Of a stretch of 64,000 bases of DNA, positions 28,019 to 38,782 are shown piece after piece. A program made the translations under genes and the position numbers. Below the pieces are notes generated by a model. That model did not search any database, was not told the DNA's origin, and worked only from the letters and a program-made list of their open reading frames with translations. The first letter of the stretch is position 1. Each line of letters begins with the position of its first letter. Source of the DNA: Salinispira sp. (GTDB taxonomy: Bacteria > Spirochaetota > Spirochaetia > DSM-27196 > Salinispiraceae); contig OZ271918.1 in NCBI GenBank assembly GCA_965602015.1, positions 2,048,001 through 2,112,000 on the forward strand, read 5' to 3'.

Positions 28019-29488
28019 ATGAAGATTCTGATGGTCAGCAGCGAGGTCCATCCCTACGCGAAGGTCGGCGGGCTCGCCGATGTGATTCCCCATCTCAGCA
28101 CCGAATTGGCCCGTATGGGTCACGATGTCAAAATCCTCATGCCGCGTTACTACAAAATCGAGCGGGTGCTGCTGGACCGTCATCCGGCGCCTTTAAAAAT
28201 TTCTCTCGGGGAGCGGGAGATCTGGACCGCCTTGTTCAGCACTGCCATTCCCGAGAGCAACGTTGAAGTATTTTTTCTTGAACATGAGGACTTCTACGGG
28301 CGGGAGGGAATTTACGGTGATGAAAAAAACCGGGATTTCCCCGATAACCTGCTGCGCTTTGCAGCCCTGTCCATGGCTCCGTTTCCACTCTGCGGTCTAC
28401 TAAACTGGTATCCCGATATCATACACAGCCACGATTGGGCCACCGCCCTGACCCAAACCTACCTCAAAAGCCATGAAAACAGGGGTGAGTTTAACAACAC
28501 CGCCGGAGTGTTCAGCATTCACAATATCGGTTACCAGGGCCTATTTCCCGCAGATCAGCTGGGCACCCTCGGCTTTGGACAGGGGGATTTTCACCCGCTG
28601 GGACTGGAATATCACGGAAAAATCAGCACGTTGAAATCGGCTCTGGTAACTGCGGATGCGGTGAGCACGGTTTCCCCGAACTACGCCCTTGAAATACAGC
28701 AGCCTCGGCTGGGATTCGGTATGGACGGGGTACTCTCCGCCCGAGCGAACCCGGTAGAGGGAATTCTCAACGGAATGGATTACGACGCCTGGGATCCGTC
28801 CCGGGACCAGCTCATTCCCTATCCGTACGATATGCAGAGCCTTGAGAACAAAAGCCTGAATAAGAACTATGTTCAGCAGGAAGCCAATCTCGAAATTTCA
28901 ACCAGGCCGGCAATGATAGGTCTGGTATCCCGGCTGGTCAGCCAAAAAGGCTTTGCCCTGCTGTTAGGAAAGAACGGCGATAATCTGCGCAGAATATGCA
29001 GCGAGCTGGACCTCCAGATTGTCATTCTCGGCACCGGAGAAGACTGGATTGAAGAAGGCATTGTCAAGGTAGCTTCCGAAATGAAAAATCTCAGGGCCTA
29101 TATCCGCTTCAATGAAAAAATGAGCCATGTAATCCAGGCCGCCTCTGATTTTTTCCTCATGCCATCGCTTTACGAACCCTGCGGTCTGACTCAGATGTAC
29201 GCCCTGCGCTACGGCTCATTGCCGATTGTGAGCCCCACCGGCGGACTGAAGGACAGCGTCAGGGATATTTCCCAGGGATCCGGGGGAACGGGCATTCTGA
29301 TTGAGGAAGAAATGGGAGAGCAGCACCTGTTTACCGCCCTCGAACGAGCCGTGGATCTATGGCACAACCGCCAGGAGCTGTATAAGGAAGTACAGCGCAG
29401 AGCCATGGAACAGCGTTTTGACTGGGCCGGCGCCGCCGAACAGTATGAAGGATTGTATGCCCGCGCGCTGGAAACCCGGCGGGGTTAA
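28019..29488 (+). CDS. glgA: Glycogen synthase
   Basis: KVGGLADV, HSHDW, SRLVSQKG, MPSLYEPCGLTQ. Confidence 0.96.
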   Translation: MKILMVSSEVHPYAKVGGLADVIPHLSTELARMGHDVKILMPRYYKIERVLLDRHPAPLKISLGEREIWTALFSTAIPESNVEVFFLEHEDFYGREGIYGDEKNRDFPDNLLRFAALSMAPFPLCGLLNWYPDIIHSHDWATALTQTYLKSHENRGEFNNTAGVFSIHNIGYQGLFPADQLGTLGFGQGDFHPLGLEYHGKISTLKSALVTADAVSTVSPNYALEIQQPRLGFGMDGVLSARANPVEGILNGMDYDAWDPSRDQLIPYPYDMQSLENKSLNKNYVQQEANLEISTRPAMIGLVSRLVSQKGFALLLGKNGDNLRRICSELDLQIVILGTGEDWIEEGIVKVASEMKNLRAYIRFNEKMSHVIQAASDFFLMPSLYEPCGLTQMYALRYGSLPIVSPTGGLKDSVRDISQGSGGTGILIEEEMGEQHLFTALERAVDLWHNRQELYKEVQRRAMEQRFDWAGAAEQYEGLYARALETRRG

Positions 29489-29536
29489 AAGTCTTCGATA
29501 TTAAAACCCGCCGGGGTTAAACCCGCGCTGGGATTA

Positions 29537-30805
29537 TTACCCACTTTTTGCAATTTTTTTGAGCACCCGTTCCTTTCGCCTCTGCAAATCTTCGATGAGC
29601 GATGGCTGCATCGTTTTTAAGGTCGGCTCGTGGCCGCTGAGATACTCTTCTATTAACTCGGCGCACTGCTGATAATCCCTCACTCGGTGCTCCAGATGCA
29701 CGAGCATGGCTTCGAGCCCCCTGAAATCCCCGAATTCCCGGTAGAGCCGCGACCAGATTTGATGAGCGCCTTCATAGGACCGATGCCGGCGCAGAAGAAC
29801 CGCCAGAAGATAAAAATCCGCGGCTTCCCGGGACTGCGACTGCAGCAGGTCAATTGCGCTTTGCTCATCGAGGCTCACGAGCAGTTGCCGGGCGAGCCCC
29901 CTCACCGACGGTGCGGGCATGGCTTCACCGGAGGGGAGTCCTGGCAGCCCCGAGAGGATTTTGTGAAGATGAATCTGGAAAACCGCCAGGGAGCCGATGT
30001 CGCTTGCGTGGTGCTCCAGTACAGGGATCATCGCAGGATCGGCATCGGGCGGCTGTTCTGCCATGGCGCGTTGAAACTCGAAATACCGGTCGGGAATTTC
30101 GCTTCCGGGAATATCGATATCCCGGCTAATTCCAAGTATGTGCCGCTCAATACTGCCCAAGCGGCAGTTTTCCAGGGATGTGGAATAAAGCCGTCGGGCG
30201 GGATACAGCAAATCGAGCTGAACGTTTTCCAAGGGCTGCATGCCATTCATGAGAAGCCGGGTGGTAAATAGCGGGTTGTCGAAGCTCCGGCCGTTGTAAC
30301 TGACCATTATGGGAGCGGGCCGATCGCCGGGAGAAATTTCATCCAGAATTGCCCGAAGGAAGAGGGGTTCCCCGGGAAAGTCTCCGAGAAACCATTGAAT
30401 GATTTCGAAATCACCCTGCCCGACAAATCGTCCGATTCCAAACAGAAAGACCAGGGTGCCGGCGCCGCTGGAAAGACCGGTGGTTTCGCTGTCAAAATAG
30501 AGCATCTGGTCCCATGACGGCTGCTCCCCGTAAGGAAATTGCCCGGAGGCAAAGAACCTCGTACTGGGAGGAGCCTGCGGCGCTTCGATGTGGATAATCC
30601 GGCGACGGCGCCACACGTACTCAGCCATCAATTCCCACGCGCAGGACTCTTCGTCGGTCTGCGGGTCGACGGATGACGGGATTGGCGCAGGAGGTGAAGA
30701 CTGCTCCGAGGCAGGAACCGGAGGAACCGCAGGTGCAGCAGGTGCCTGAGACAGCGGGCTGCTTCGGGAAGCTTTTATTCGTTTGAGCCGTTCGTAGAGA
30801 TCCAT
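29537..30805 (-). CDS. YprB/MrfB-like RNase H-fold (DEDD) exonuclease with C-terminal TPR-like region
   Basis: YFDSETTGLSSGAGT, SYNGRSFD, LDLLYPARR, DIPGSEIP, HLEHR. Confidence 0.85.
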   Translation of the reverse strand: MDLYERLKRIKASRSSPLSQAPAAPAVPPVPASEQSSPPAPIPSSVDPQTDEESCAWELMAEYVWRRRRIIHIEAPQAPPSTRFFASGQFPYGEQPSWDQMLYFDSETTGLSSGAGTLVFLFGIGRFVGQGDFEIIQWFLGDFPGEPLFLRAILDEISPGDRPAPIMVSYNGRSFDNPLFTTRLLMNGMQPLENVQLDLLYPARRLYSTSLENCRLGSIERHILGISRDIDIPGSEIPDRYFEFQRAMAEQPPDADPAMIPVLEHHASDIGSLAVFQIHLHKILSGLPGLPSGEAMPAPSVRGLARQLLVSLDEQSAIDLLQSQSREAADFYLLAVLLRRHRSYEGAHQIWSRLYREFGDFRGLEAMLVHLEHRVRDYQQCAELIEEYLSGHEPTLKTMQPSLIEDLQRRKERVLKKIAKSG

Positions 30806-33090
30806 TGCCTCAGGAATTCCATTATCAGCGGTTTGGGGTTGGTGGTGATTTCCTCATCGGGCAGCCTGGGCCCGATACACGATGGACAGCCTTCCTCGCA
30901 TTCACAGCGGCTGACAAGCTCGAGGGAGGCCTGGAGAATTTCAGACAGCCGGCTCATGATGCTCCGGCTCACTCCCGATCCTCCGGGATAGCGGTCGAAA
31001 AGGTAGATTGCCGCCGCGCCGAAATGCGGATCCCGGATGCGTTCGGAGATTCCCAGGTCGTTGCGATCGCAGAGCAGGAAGGCCGGGGCAGTTTCGCGTA
31101 TGAGGCTCCCAATCCGGCTTATTACTGCAGTCTGCTGCGGACTATCCAGTCCAGAGAGCATGGTTCCGGGACCTGAATCGGGCGAGAAGATGAGAATGCA
31201 GCTCTGGGTGTGCATCTCCTCTTCCGGAAGGTTTACTTCGCCGAAGCCGATGTTTTCGTGGGTATTAAATCTGAGTTTTTTGAATTTGGACACCTGAGTG
31301 CGAACCAAAACATCGCCAAGGACGATGCGCAAACCGGCTTCCACATGCTCTTCATCCTCGAGGAGAACCTTGATATCCCGCTTGGTAACCGCGTCGGTAT
31401 AGAAATTCGTCTCCTTTTCTTCGACATAGCAGCGCCGCTCTTCCAGATTCAGCTCATGTACCAGGTACTGCCGACCGCGGTGCATATACACCGCCAGGGG
31501 GTAAATGAGCTCTTTGGCGCTGGGACGGTCCATCTCGCCGATGACCTGATTTCTGCCCTTGGTGATGTCGATGATCACCACGTTGTCCGCAGTTGCCGAG
31601 CGCAGACTGATGCCCTCTGCGGGGTACCCCCGGTCAGACCAGTAATATCGCCCCCCGGAAAGCCGAACGGTGCCGTCCTCTTCCATGATTTGGAGATAGT
31701 CCCGGGCATCGGGAAAATCCTCATCGCCCTCGGCGGAAAACGGAATCTCGAAGGCCGAGCACTTGACATGATCGAGGCGGACGAAAAAGTTTTGCGGATT
31801 GACATATCCCGATTCGGCGCCCCGCCCCATGAAGTAGGTCTGATGCCGGACCATGTATTGATCCAGCGGCGCCGCCGAGGCCACCAGCACCGCCAGGCTC
31901 GCGGCGCTGGTCCGCCCCGCCCGGCCCGCCTGCTGCCATACCGAGGAGATGGAACCGGGAAACCCCGCAAGAACCGCCGCATCCAGGCCGCCGATGTCAA
32001 TTCCAAGTTCCAGCGCATTGGTGGAAACCACTCCCTGTATATCCCCGTCCCTCAATCCTCTCTCGATTTCCCGCCGTTCATTGGGAAGATAGCCCCCCCG
32101 GTAGGACTCCACCCGGATGCGTTCATTATCGGAGTACATATTCGCCAGACTCTTGTTAATATAACTGGCAATGAGTTCGACCCTGACCCGGCTGCGGGCG
32201 AAAACGATGGTTTTTACCCCTTTTCGCAGCAATGAGAGGGCGATTTTCTGGCTTTCCTTCACGGTTCCCTTACGGATGCCCTGAACCGCATCGACCAGCG
32301 GCGGGTTATAGAGCACCAGATGCTTTTCCCCGGACGGCGCTCCGTTATTGTCTATCAGGGTCATGCCGCGGTTTGTCACCGCTTCGGCGAGCTCTTTGGG
32401 ATTGCCAATGGTGGCGGAACAGCAGATAAAACGCGGCCGGCTGCCGTAAAAGCGGCAGACCCTGCTGATTCTCCGGACGAGGTTGGCCAGATGACTGCCG
32501 TGTATACCCCGGTAGGCGTGGAGTTCATCGATAACAATGTAGCGGAGGTTTTTCAGGAACTTTATCCATTTCGGGTGATTGGGCAGGATGCCCGAATGCA
32601 TCATATCGGGGTTGCTGATAATTATCTGTCCGGTTTCCCGTGCGCTGCTACGCAGGCTGGTCGGCGTGTCGCCGTCGTAGGTGGCGATTTTGACCCCCAG
32701 TTCGGAACTCAGAGTCAATTCATTCAGGGCGGCCTGCTGATCCTGACTCAGAGCTTTTGTCGGAAAAAGGTAGAGCGCCCGGGAGTCGGGCTCCTGTAGA
32801 ATTGTCTGCAGAACCGGAAGGTTGTAACTCAAGGTTTTACCGGAGGCCGTCGGGGTGACAATGACCAGGTCGTCCCCGGCGATGGACCGGGTGAATGCCT
32901 CGGCCTGATGTGAATATAAACGGCCGATTCCCCGGTTCTTCAGCCCCTGGACGATACCGGGGTGAAGCTCAGGGGGCAGCGGTGCATAGCTGCCCGCCCG
33001 GGGAGGAATAACCTCCCAATGGGTGACCTGCTTCATAAAATCACTATCGCCACGGAGTGACTGAATAACCTCGGCGCTGTTCATGCTCAT
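30775..33090 (-). CDS. DEAH helicase with DUF1998 four-Cys domain (YprA/MrfA/SftH family)
   Basis: TPTASGKT, FPTKALSQDQ, DELH, SATIGN, ALELGIDIG, QQAGRAGR, CECEEGCPSC. Confidence 0.92.
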   Translation of the reverse strand: MSMNSAEVIQSLRGDSDFMKQVTHWEVIPPRAGSYAPLPPELHPGIVQGLKNRGIGRLYSHQAEAFTRSIAGDDLVIVTPTASGKTLSYNLPVLQTILQEPDSRALYLFPTKALSQDQQAALNELTLSSELGVKIATYDGDTPTSLRSSARETGQIIISNPDMMHSGILPNHPKWIKFLKNLRYIVIDELHAYRGIHGSHLANLVRRISRVCRFYGSRPRFICCSATIGNPKELAEAVTNRGMTLIDNNGAPSGEKHLVLYNPPLVDAVQGIRKGTVKESQKIALSLLRKGVKTIVFARSRVRVELIASYINKSLANMYSDNERIRVESYRGGYLPNERREIERGLRDGDIQGVVSTNALELGIDIGGLDAAVLAGFPGSISSVWQQAGRAGRTSAASLAVLVASAAPLDQYMVRHQTYFMGRGAESGYVNPQNFFVRLDHVKCSAFEIPFSAEGDEDFPDARDYLQIMEEDGTVRLSGGRYYWSDRGYPAEGISLRSATADNVVIIDITKGRNQVIGEMDRPSAKELIYPLAVYMHRGRQYLVHELNLEERRCYVEEKETNFYTDAVTKRDIKVLLEDEEHVEAGLRIVLGDVLVRTQVSKFKKLRFNTHENIGFGEVNLPEEEMHTQSCILIFSPDSGPGTMLSGLDSPQQTAVISRIGSLIRETAPAFLLCDRNDLGISERIRDPHFGAAAIYLFDRYPGGSGVSRSIMSRLSEILQASLELVSRCECEEGCPSCIGPRLPDEEITTNPKPLIMEFLRQWISTNGSNE

Positions 33091-33213
33091 AATTTGTATA
33101 GTACCCGCTTTGGCAAAAAATTGACAGTTTTCCGCCGTATATCTTGCCTATCTTCCTTGAAGAGCGACCAACTTTATTTCAATATGGTAGTAGGTGCAAC
33201 ACCAGGAGGGACT

Positions 33214-34494
33214 ATGCCACAGGTACTAACGATTATCCTCGGAGGCGGAAAGGGAACCAGGTTATTTCCTCTGACAAAGGACCGGGCCAAGCCCGCGGTT
33301 CCCTTCGGCGCGAAATACCGCCTGGTAGACATTCCCATCAGCAATTCAATTAATGCAGGATTTAAAAACATCTATGTTCTTACCCAGTTTAACTCGGCCT
33401 CCCTCCACCTGCATCTGGCGAATACCTACATCTTTGATTCGTTTACCAAGGGCTTCGTCGAAATCCTTGCGGCGGAACAGAGTTTTACCGGACATGGATG
33501 GTATGAAGGCACAGCGGACGCAGTCAGGAAAAATCTCCACCACTTTAAGATTCAAAAACCCAGCCATTACCTCATCCTCTCCGGCGATCAGCTCTATCGG
33601 ATGGACCTGGCCGAGTTTTTCCTTCGGCACGTGGAAAGCGGCGCCGATGCGACGGTGGCCGCCACCCCCGTCAGCCGGGAAGATGCCGCGGGATTCGGCA
33701 TTCTCAACGCCAACACCCGGGGAACCATAAAGGAATTCGTGGAAAAACCGCCCCTCGACCAGGATATTGAGGGGATGGCTATTCCCGAGAGCATCCATCC
33801 CAGCCGAAGCATGCTGGAATCCGGAAGACGTTTCCTGGGGTCCATGGGAATCTACCTGTTCAAAGCCGATTGCCTGTACGAAGCCCTGGAAAATGATTTT
33901 ACCGATTTCGGCCACGAAATCATCCCGAGGATAATAAAAAAGAAAAAGGTTCAGTCCTACATCTATACGGGCTTCTGGGAGGATATCGGGACTATTCAGA
34001 ACTTCTACGAAACCAATCTCAATTTGGCAAGCATTAATCCGGCGTTCAATTTCTATGACGAAGCTATGCCGATTTACACTCATCGACGGGATCTGCCGGC
34101 GAGCAAGTTCAATTTTTCCTCGGTGAGTCAAACCCTGACGGCCGACGGATGCATCATTACCAATGCAAACATCAACAACTCCATTGTCGGCATTCGGACC
34201 CTGATCGAATCCGGCGCGAACCTTGACGGGGTAATCTGCATGGGCGCCGACTGGTATGAAACCGGTGAAGAACGGGAGCAAAACAGGTTGGAAAACCGCC
34301 CGGATATCGGCATCGGCAAAGGCGCGATGATACGTAAAACCATAATCGACAAAAACGCCCGCATCGGCGAGAGTTGCAGAATTGGATTGGACGATGTACC
34401 CCGGGAGGAAGGCGACCATGGCTTCTATCATGTTGTGGACGGAATAATTGTCATTCCGAAAAACAGCGTCATCCCCAACGGCACGGTAATTTAG
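33214..34494 (+). CDS. glgC: Glucose-1-phosphate adenylyltransferase
   Basis: LGGGKGTRLFPLTKDRAKPAVP, LSGDQLY, FVEKP, DFG; ATG at 33214 after AGGAGG. Confidence 0.96.
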   Translation: MPQVLTIILGGGKGTRLFPLTKDRAKPAVPFGAKYRLVDIPISNSINAGFKNIYVLTQFNSASLHLHLANTYIFDSFTKGFVEILAAEQSFTGHGWYEGTADAVRKNLHHFKIQKPSHYLILSGDQLYRMDLAEFFLRHVESGADATVAATPVSREDAAGFGILNANTRGTIKEFVEKPPLDQDIEGMAIPESIHPSRSMLESGRRFLGSMGIYLFKADCLYEALENDFTDFGHEIIPRIIKKKKVQSYIYTGFWEDIGTIQNFYETNLNLASINPAFNFYDEAMPIYTHRRDLPASKFNFSSVSQTLTADGCIITNANINNSIVGIRTLIESGANLDGVICMGADWYETGEEREQNRLENRPDIGIGKGAMIRKTIIDKNARIGESCRIGLDDVPREEGDHGFYHVVDGIIVIPKNSVIPNGTVI

Positions 34495-34505
34495 CCGGTT
34501 CCGCT

Positions 34506-35489
34506 ATGAAAAAATGGTTAGCAAGTAACTGGTTCATGCTGGGCATCGCAGCGGCGGTTGCCGTCGGCTTTACGTTTCCGGAGGTTGCGGCGGCGAATCC
34601 CTCGGGGATAAGCTCGGACATTATCGTCATGCTAATGTTCCTGGGCATAGGCTTTACCCTGCCCAGCGAAGCCATACGCTCGGGTTTTTCCAACTGGCGG
34701 CTTCATGTTTTTCTCCAGGGCTTTATTTTCCTTCTCATACCGGGGTATATGCTTTTGGCCACCAGTATTCTTCCCTTCTCGCCGGAAATGCGCATTGGAC
34801 TGCTGGCCCTCTCGGTACTGCCCACGACGGTCTCAACGGCAATCGTCTTTACCCAGTCCGCAGGCGGGAATGTAATCGGAACCATGTTCAACTCAGCCCT
34901 GTCAAATATAGCAGGAGTATTTGTCTCGCCCCTGCTTCTATCCCTGCTTTTACGTCAGGCCGGAACGATAATGCCGATGTCCGTACTCGCGGGGATTATC
35001 GGGTCGCTGTTGTGGAAAATGATACTTCCCATGCTTATCGGGCAGATACTTCATCTCCGATTCAAGAAGCAGGCTAAAACCGCAAAAAAACCAATAGGGA
35101 AAATCAGCAATGTTCTTATTTTGCTGATAGTCCTGCTCTCGGTGGCAAAATCCGCGGGCAATCCTGAAATAATTGCCCGTGCGGGACAGTCTCTTCCGGT
35201 CGCCCTGTTTTTGGCGGCATCATTTTACATTCTACTTGCTTTGGCTACGGCGGGTTCCTCCCTGGCGGGTTTCAACGATAGCGATAAGATCAGCATCGCC
35301 TACGCGGCGCCCCAAAAGACCCTTGCCATGGGGGTGCCCCTTCTCAGCGCATATTTTTCCTCGGACCCGGATCTTCTGGGGCTGGCGCTTCTTCCTGTGC
35401 TTTTTTACCATCCCTGGCAGATACTAAATGCCGGGGTGATCAGAATGCTTCCGTTCAGCCGAAGGGTGTCCGCCGAGGAACGTCACTAA
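34506..35489 (+). CDS. Bile acid:sodium symporter (SBF-like) family transporter
   Basis: LPTTVSTAIVFTQSAGGN, QKTLAMGVP, FYHPWQ; about 10 TM segments. Confidence 0.88.
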   Translation: MKKWLASNWFMLGIAAAVAVGFTFPEVAAANPSGISSDIIVMLMFLGIGFTLPSEAIRSGFSNWRLHVFLQGFIFLLIPGYMLLATSILPFSPEMRIGLLALSVLPTTVSTAIVFTQSAGGNVIGTMFNSALSNIAGVFVSPLLLSLLLRQAGTIMPMSVLAGIIGSLLWKMILPMLIGQILHLRFKKQAKTAKKPIGKISNVLILLIVLLSVAKSAGNPEIIARAGQSLPVALFLAASFYILLALATAGSSLAGFNDSDKISIAYAAPQKTLAMGVPLLSAYFSSDPDLLGLALLPVLFYHPWQILNAGVIRMLPFSRRVSAEERH

Positions 35490-35498
35490 TGTCGTGTG

Positions 35499-35978
35499 TC
35501 ATGTTTGTGAGCCGTTGCCTTCCCCGGCGCGCATAAGCACAAGAAGGTCACGGTCGGAGGAGACAATCGCGTCAGGCGAAGCAAGCAGTTCGTCGATTTC
35601 CGCCGGTGTAAACCAGCGAACTTCCCGGTGCTCCCGCAGTTTTAGGATTTTATCGTTCAGATGGACCGCATAGGCGGAGACTACGTAGTGTTGACGGCGA
35701 TGTACAAATCGGCATTTTGCAAGGAACTCGCCGCAGCGGATGCGAACCGAAAATTCCTCTTCGAATTCCCTGATAAGAGCTTGGCAGTGGGTTTCCCCGG
35801 CCTCGCACTTGCCGCCGGGCAGCTCCCAGCGGCCGTCCATCTCGCCGCCGGCTGATTTCCGCAGTGCCAGCAAAGTACGGCCCCGGGAAAACGCCACGCC
35901 GGCGACAGAATGTTTCAGGCTATGATTCCCGACAGCGTCCGGGTGAGCCTGTCCCCCTGAAGGCTTAGATGACGACAA
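35499..35978 (-). CDS. NUDIX hydrolase (MutT-like)
   Basis: WELPGGKCEAGETHCQALIREFEEE Nudix box. Confidence 0.9.
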   Translation of the reverse strand: MSSSKPSGGQAHPDAVGNHSLKHSVAGVAFSRGRTLLALRKSAGGEMDGRWELPGGKCEAGETHCQALIREFEEEFSVRIRCGEFLAKCRFVHRRQHYVVSAYAVHLNDKILKLREHREVRWFTPAEIDELLASPDAIVSSDRDLLVLMRAGEGNGSQT

Positions 35979-36390
35979 CTGAGGGGATAATGAAGTGAAC
36001 CAGGGCGATTATAACTAGGATGACTCCGATAAGAGTCTTCCGCCCCAGAAACAGCACCTCTATGCGGGCGAAAAATCCATCGAGCTCTCGTCCGTCTTCC
36101 ATCGCCTTCTTCAGAAAGTACTCGGCCATGAGCATAATCGACGCAAGAATCCCTGCGAGGGCGGGAAGTATGTCTCCGATTACCGGAATATCACCGGGGA
36201 ATGCAAAGATCAGCTTCAGCACCGAGAGGATTCCCATCACGATAGAAAGGATGATGAGGCTTCTCGGGGAGGATAATCCCTCTTCGTGAAAAAGTTCACC
36301 GCAGCGCAGTTTCTCATCAAAAAATGAAAAGCCCAGGACAAGGCCGGAATAGCCGAGGCTGAGAGCAAATAGGGTAAAAAGTTGGTACAT
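35965..36390 (-). CDS. Hypothetical four-TM membrane protein
   Basis: Four hydrophobic segments, GDILPALAG; SD GGAGG. Confidence 0.75.
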   Translation of the reverse strand: MYQLFTLFALSLGYSGLVLGFSFFDEKLRCGELFHEEGLSSPRSLIILSIVMGILSVLKLIFAFPGDIPVIGDILPALAGILASIMLMAEYFLKKAMEDGRELDGFFARIEVLFLGRKTLIGVILVIIALVHFIIPSVVVI

Positions 36391-36455
36391 GTATTCCTCC
36401 CGTCGGACTGCTTTTTCACGCGGTCCGTACCATAAAGGTAATCAAGTGCGCTGTA

Positions 36456-37094
36456 TTATTCCAGTTCCACCGGGGCTGTGAGGGAAAAATCCCACAAATC
36501 CCGGTCTCCGTCTGCTTGTACATCAATCTGCATCAGAATATTCAGGCTTTCCCGATCGTCGGGCACCGGCCCAGGAAGCCTGAGTCTGATGATTCTGTCC
36601 TGCCCGGGTTGATCGGGAAGCAGTTCGCTTGCCCGGGATAGCTGATCAGGGAGATCTTCGCGGTACGCCGCCAGCTCCAGCAGACCTGCAGACCCGGGAA
36701 TCAATTCGTTCAACGCAGCTATTCTCAGAGTGACCAGTATCTCATCGGCGAATTCGACGGCCCGCAGCTCATAGCGATGATCGCCGAACTCATTAACGCC
36801 GAGATTCGGCCTGAGGAAGGCATTGTAAATGATAAAAATAATGACGATGATGCTCACATCCAGCAGGAGTATCAGGGTGCCCTTGTTCTTGCGATACCAG
36901 GGCCGCTGATCGACATTGCCAACACTGTTGCCCGCAAGCTTCAGCCGGTCCTCGCGCTGATAGTGAAAGCGCAAGCGGTTCTCTTCCTCTTCCCGAGGAA
37001 GGGTATTCTCCCGGCTTCCGCCGGTTCGGCCTCGCCGAGGACCGTGATCACCGGCTCCCGACCCCGAGTTTTCTGAGCCGCTGAATCTGCTCAT
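36456..37094 (-). CDS. Hypothetical single-pass membrane protein
   Basis: FHYQREDRL motif followed by one TM helix; overlaps the nnr stop. Confidence 0.7.
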   Translation of the reverse strand: MSRFSGSENSGSGAGDHGPRRGRTGGSRENTLPREEEENRLRFHYQREDRLKLAGNSVGNVDQRPWYRKNKGTLILLLDVSIIVIIFIIYNAFLRPNLGVNEFGDHRYELRAVEFADEILVTLRIAALNELIPGSAGLLELAAYREDLPDQLSRASELLPDQPGQDRIIRLRLPGPVPDDRESLNILMQIDVQADGDRDLWDFSLTAPVELE

Positions 37095-38782
37095 ATTCTC
37101 TCCCCCTCTAGCTGGACGAATTCACCGCAAAGCCGCCCGATTTCCGGAATTAACTCCGCAGCGGTAAACAGACCGCTGCGACGGTAACAACGCGAGGCCG
37201 CGAGCTGATGAAGGGCCACTGCCGCTGGCAGGGCCCGGCCGGCGTCGCCTTCGCGGAGAATAAAGGCTGCGGTGAGTCCGCTCAGCACATCTCCACTTCC
37301 CGCAGTGCCCAATGAGGGCTGGCGTCCGTCATACACCCATTTTTGTCCGGACGATCCGGCTATCCAGGTAACGGAAGATTTTATCGCTACCCAGCATTCA
37401 CGGGATTCGCCGGCGAAGCGGGAAATAATTTTCCCGGCGCTCTCCGACGGGTGTCGGAGGGTATCCCCGGTTGAACTGTCCAGCAGCATTGCGGCCTCGG
37501 CGGCGTGGGGCAGGAGTATGACAGGCGCGGGTCCCCGGGGAATGCCGCCCCGGCGGCGCAACTCAGCCAGCCAGTATAATCCGTCGGCATCGATAATCAA
37601 CGGCCGGTCCCCGGCCAGGAGCCGGGACAAAAGGGGAATAAAAATATGTTCATCGTCTGCTTCCCGGCCCAGACCGGGTCCGAACAAAAACGCCGAGGCC
37701 CAGTCGTCCACAGAATCATCGGTTGTCCGGCGGAACATAAGGGCGGGCTCGGATGACAGGGCCTCTGCGGTCCAGTCTACCGGACTGTTCACCCTCACCA
37801 TCCCGCCGCCGGACTTTAATGCCGCCCGCCCGGCCAAAACCGCTGCTCCAGCCATCCCCCTGCCGGCGCCGAACAGATCGATTTTTCCCTTGGTTCCCTT
37901 GTGGGAATCGGGATGCATTGGGCTCAGTAAATCGGGCAGAATGCCGGAAACCAGGATGCGGGCGGGGGCCTTTGCCTCCGCCTCCCCTACGACCCCCGCC
38001 GATTTGCTTTTCCCGACAGCCTTCCATCCTTCGCGGTACTCCCGCAGGACCTGCGACGGGAAGCCGGGTTTGATGATGCGGATTTCACCGCAATAGTTCC
38101 GGGCCGGGCTGGTATACATACAGGCACGGGGGAACTGGACAGCCAGGGTTACATCGCTATATAAAATCGGCCAATCGCCGCGATATGCATCAGAGAGGCC
38201 GCTGGGCAGGTCGAGGGCGAAGCGCATGGCTTGGCTCTGGTTCCACAGTTCGACCAGACTTCTTGTCCGCGGATCAGATAAGGCATCGGGGAAATTGCCA
38301 TCCCGGGAGCCGGTATCCCCACTGTATAAGGGACGGGTCAGTCCTGAACCCAGATACCCGTCGATTAACACCGCCGGCCGTGAGCCGGCCCCCGGCCCTG
38401 CAAAGCCGCTTTGATTGTCCCTGAGCCCCAAGCTCTCCAGCCGGGGCAGTACGGCATCAAGGCCATCTTCCCGAACGGTACAGATTGAACGGTCCAAGGT
38501 GCTGAGCATGGTCATAGGCAGGGGCTTGAGAGAGTGCTTAAGAAGGAAAATTTCCGAAGGGTATCCCTGATCCGACAAATGCCGGGCGCACACCAGGGCG
38601 TCGCCGCCATTGTGCCCCGGGCCAGCGAGGATTATCAGATCGGATAGCTCTCTGCCCCGAATCCATTTAAGAATTTCAGCGGCCATGAGGCGCCCGGCGT
38701 GTTCCATGAGGATAATTTCAGGAATGAGCTGAGCGCAGTCATGATCAAAACGCCTCATCTGCTCATTGGAAATGGCAAACAT
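37091..38782 (-). CDS. nnr: Bifunctional NAD(P)H-hydrate epimerase/dehydratase (YjeF/Nnr)
   Basis: LMEHAG, GPGHNGGD, DLPSG, SHKG, GPGLG, IIDADGL, TAGSGDVL; ATG at 38782 after GAGGAGG. Confidence 0.93.
   Translation of the reverse strand: MFAISNEQMRRFDHDCAQLIPEIILMEHAGRLMAAEILKWIRGRELSDLIILAGPGHNGGDALVCARHLSDQGYPSEIFLLKHSLKPLPMTMLSTLDRSICTVREDGLDAVLPRLESLGLRDNQSGFAGPGAGSRPAVLIDGYLGSGLTRPLYSGDTGSRDGNFPDALSDPRTRSLVELWNQSQAMRFALDLPSGLSDAYRGDWPILYSDVTLAVQFPRACMYTSPARNYCGEIRIIKPGFPSQVLREYREGWKAVGKSKSAGVVGEAEAKAPARILVSGILPDLLSPMHPDSHKGTKGKIDLFGAGRGMAGAAVLAGRAALKSGGGMVRVNSPVDWTAEALSSEPALMFRRTTDDSVDDWASAFLFGPGLGREADDEHIFIPLLSRLLAGDRPLIIDADGLYWLAELRRRGGIPRGPAPVILLPHAAEAAMLLDSSTGDTLRHPSESAGKIISRFAGESRECWVAIKSSVTWIAGSSGQKWVYDGRQPSLGTAGSGDVLSGLTAAFILREGDAGRALPAAVALHQLAASRCYRRSGLFTAAELIPEIGRLCGEFVQLEGERI

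Noticed and set aside
29470..29536. Repeated AACCCGCCGGGGTTAA-like words between glgA and the exonuclease, as a possible insertion scar
   Set aside because: Adequately explained as a hairpin between convergent genes; no matching copy seen at the other end of the helicase pair
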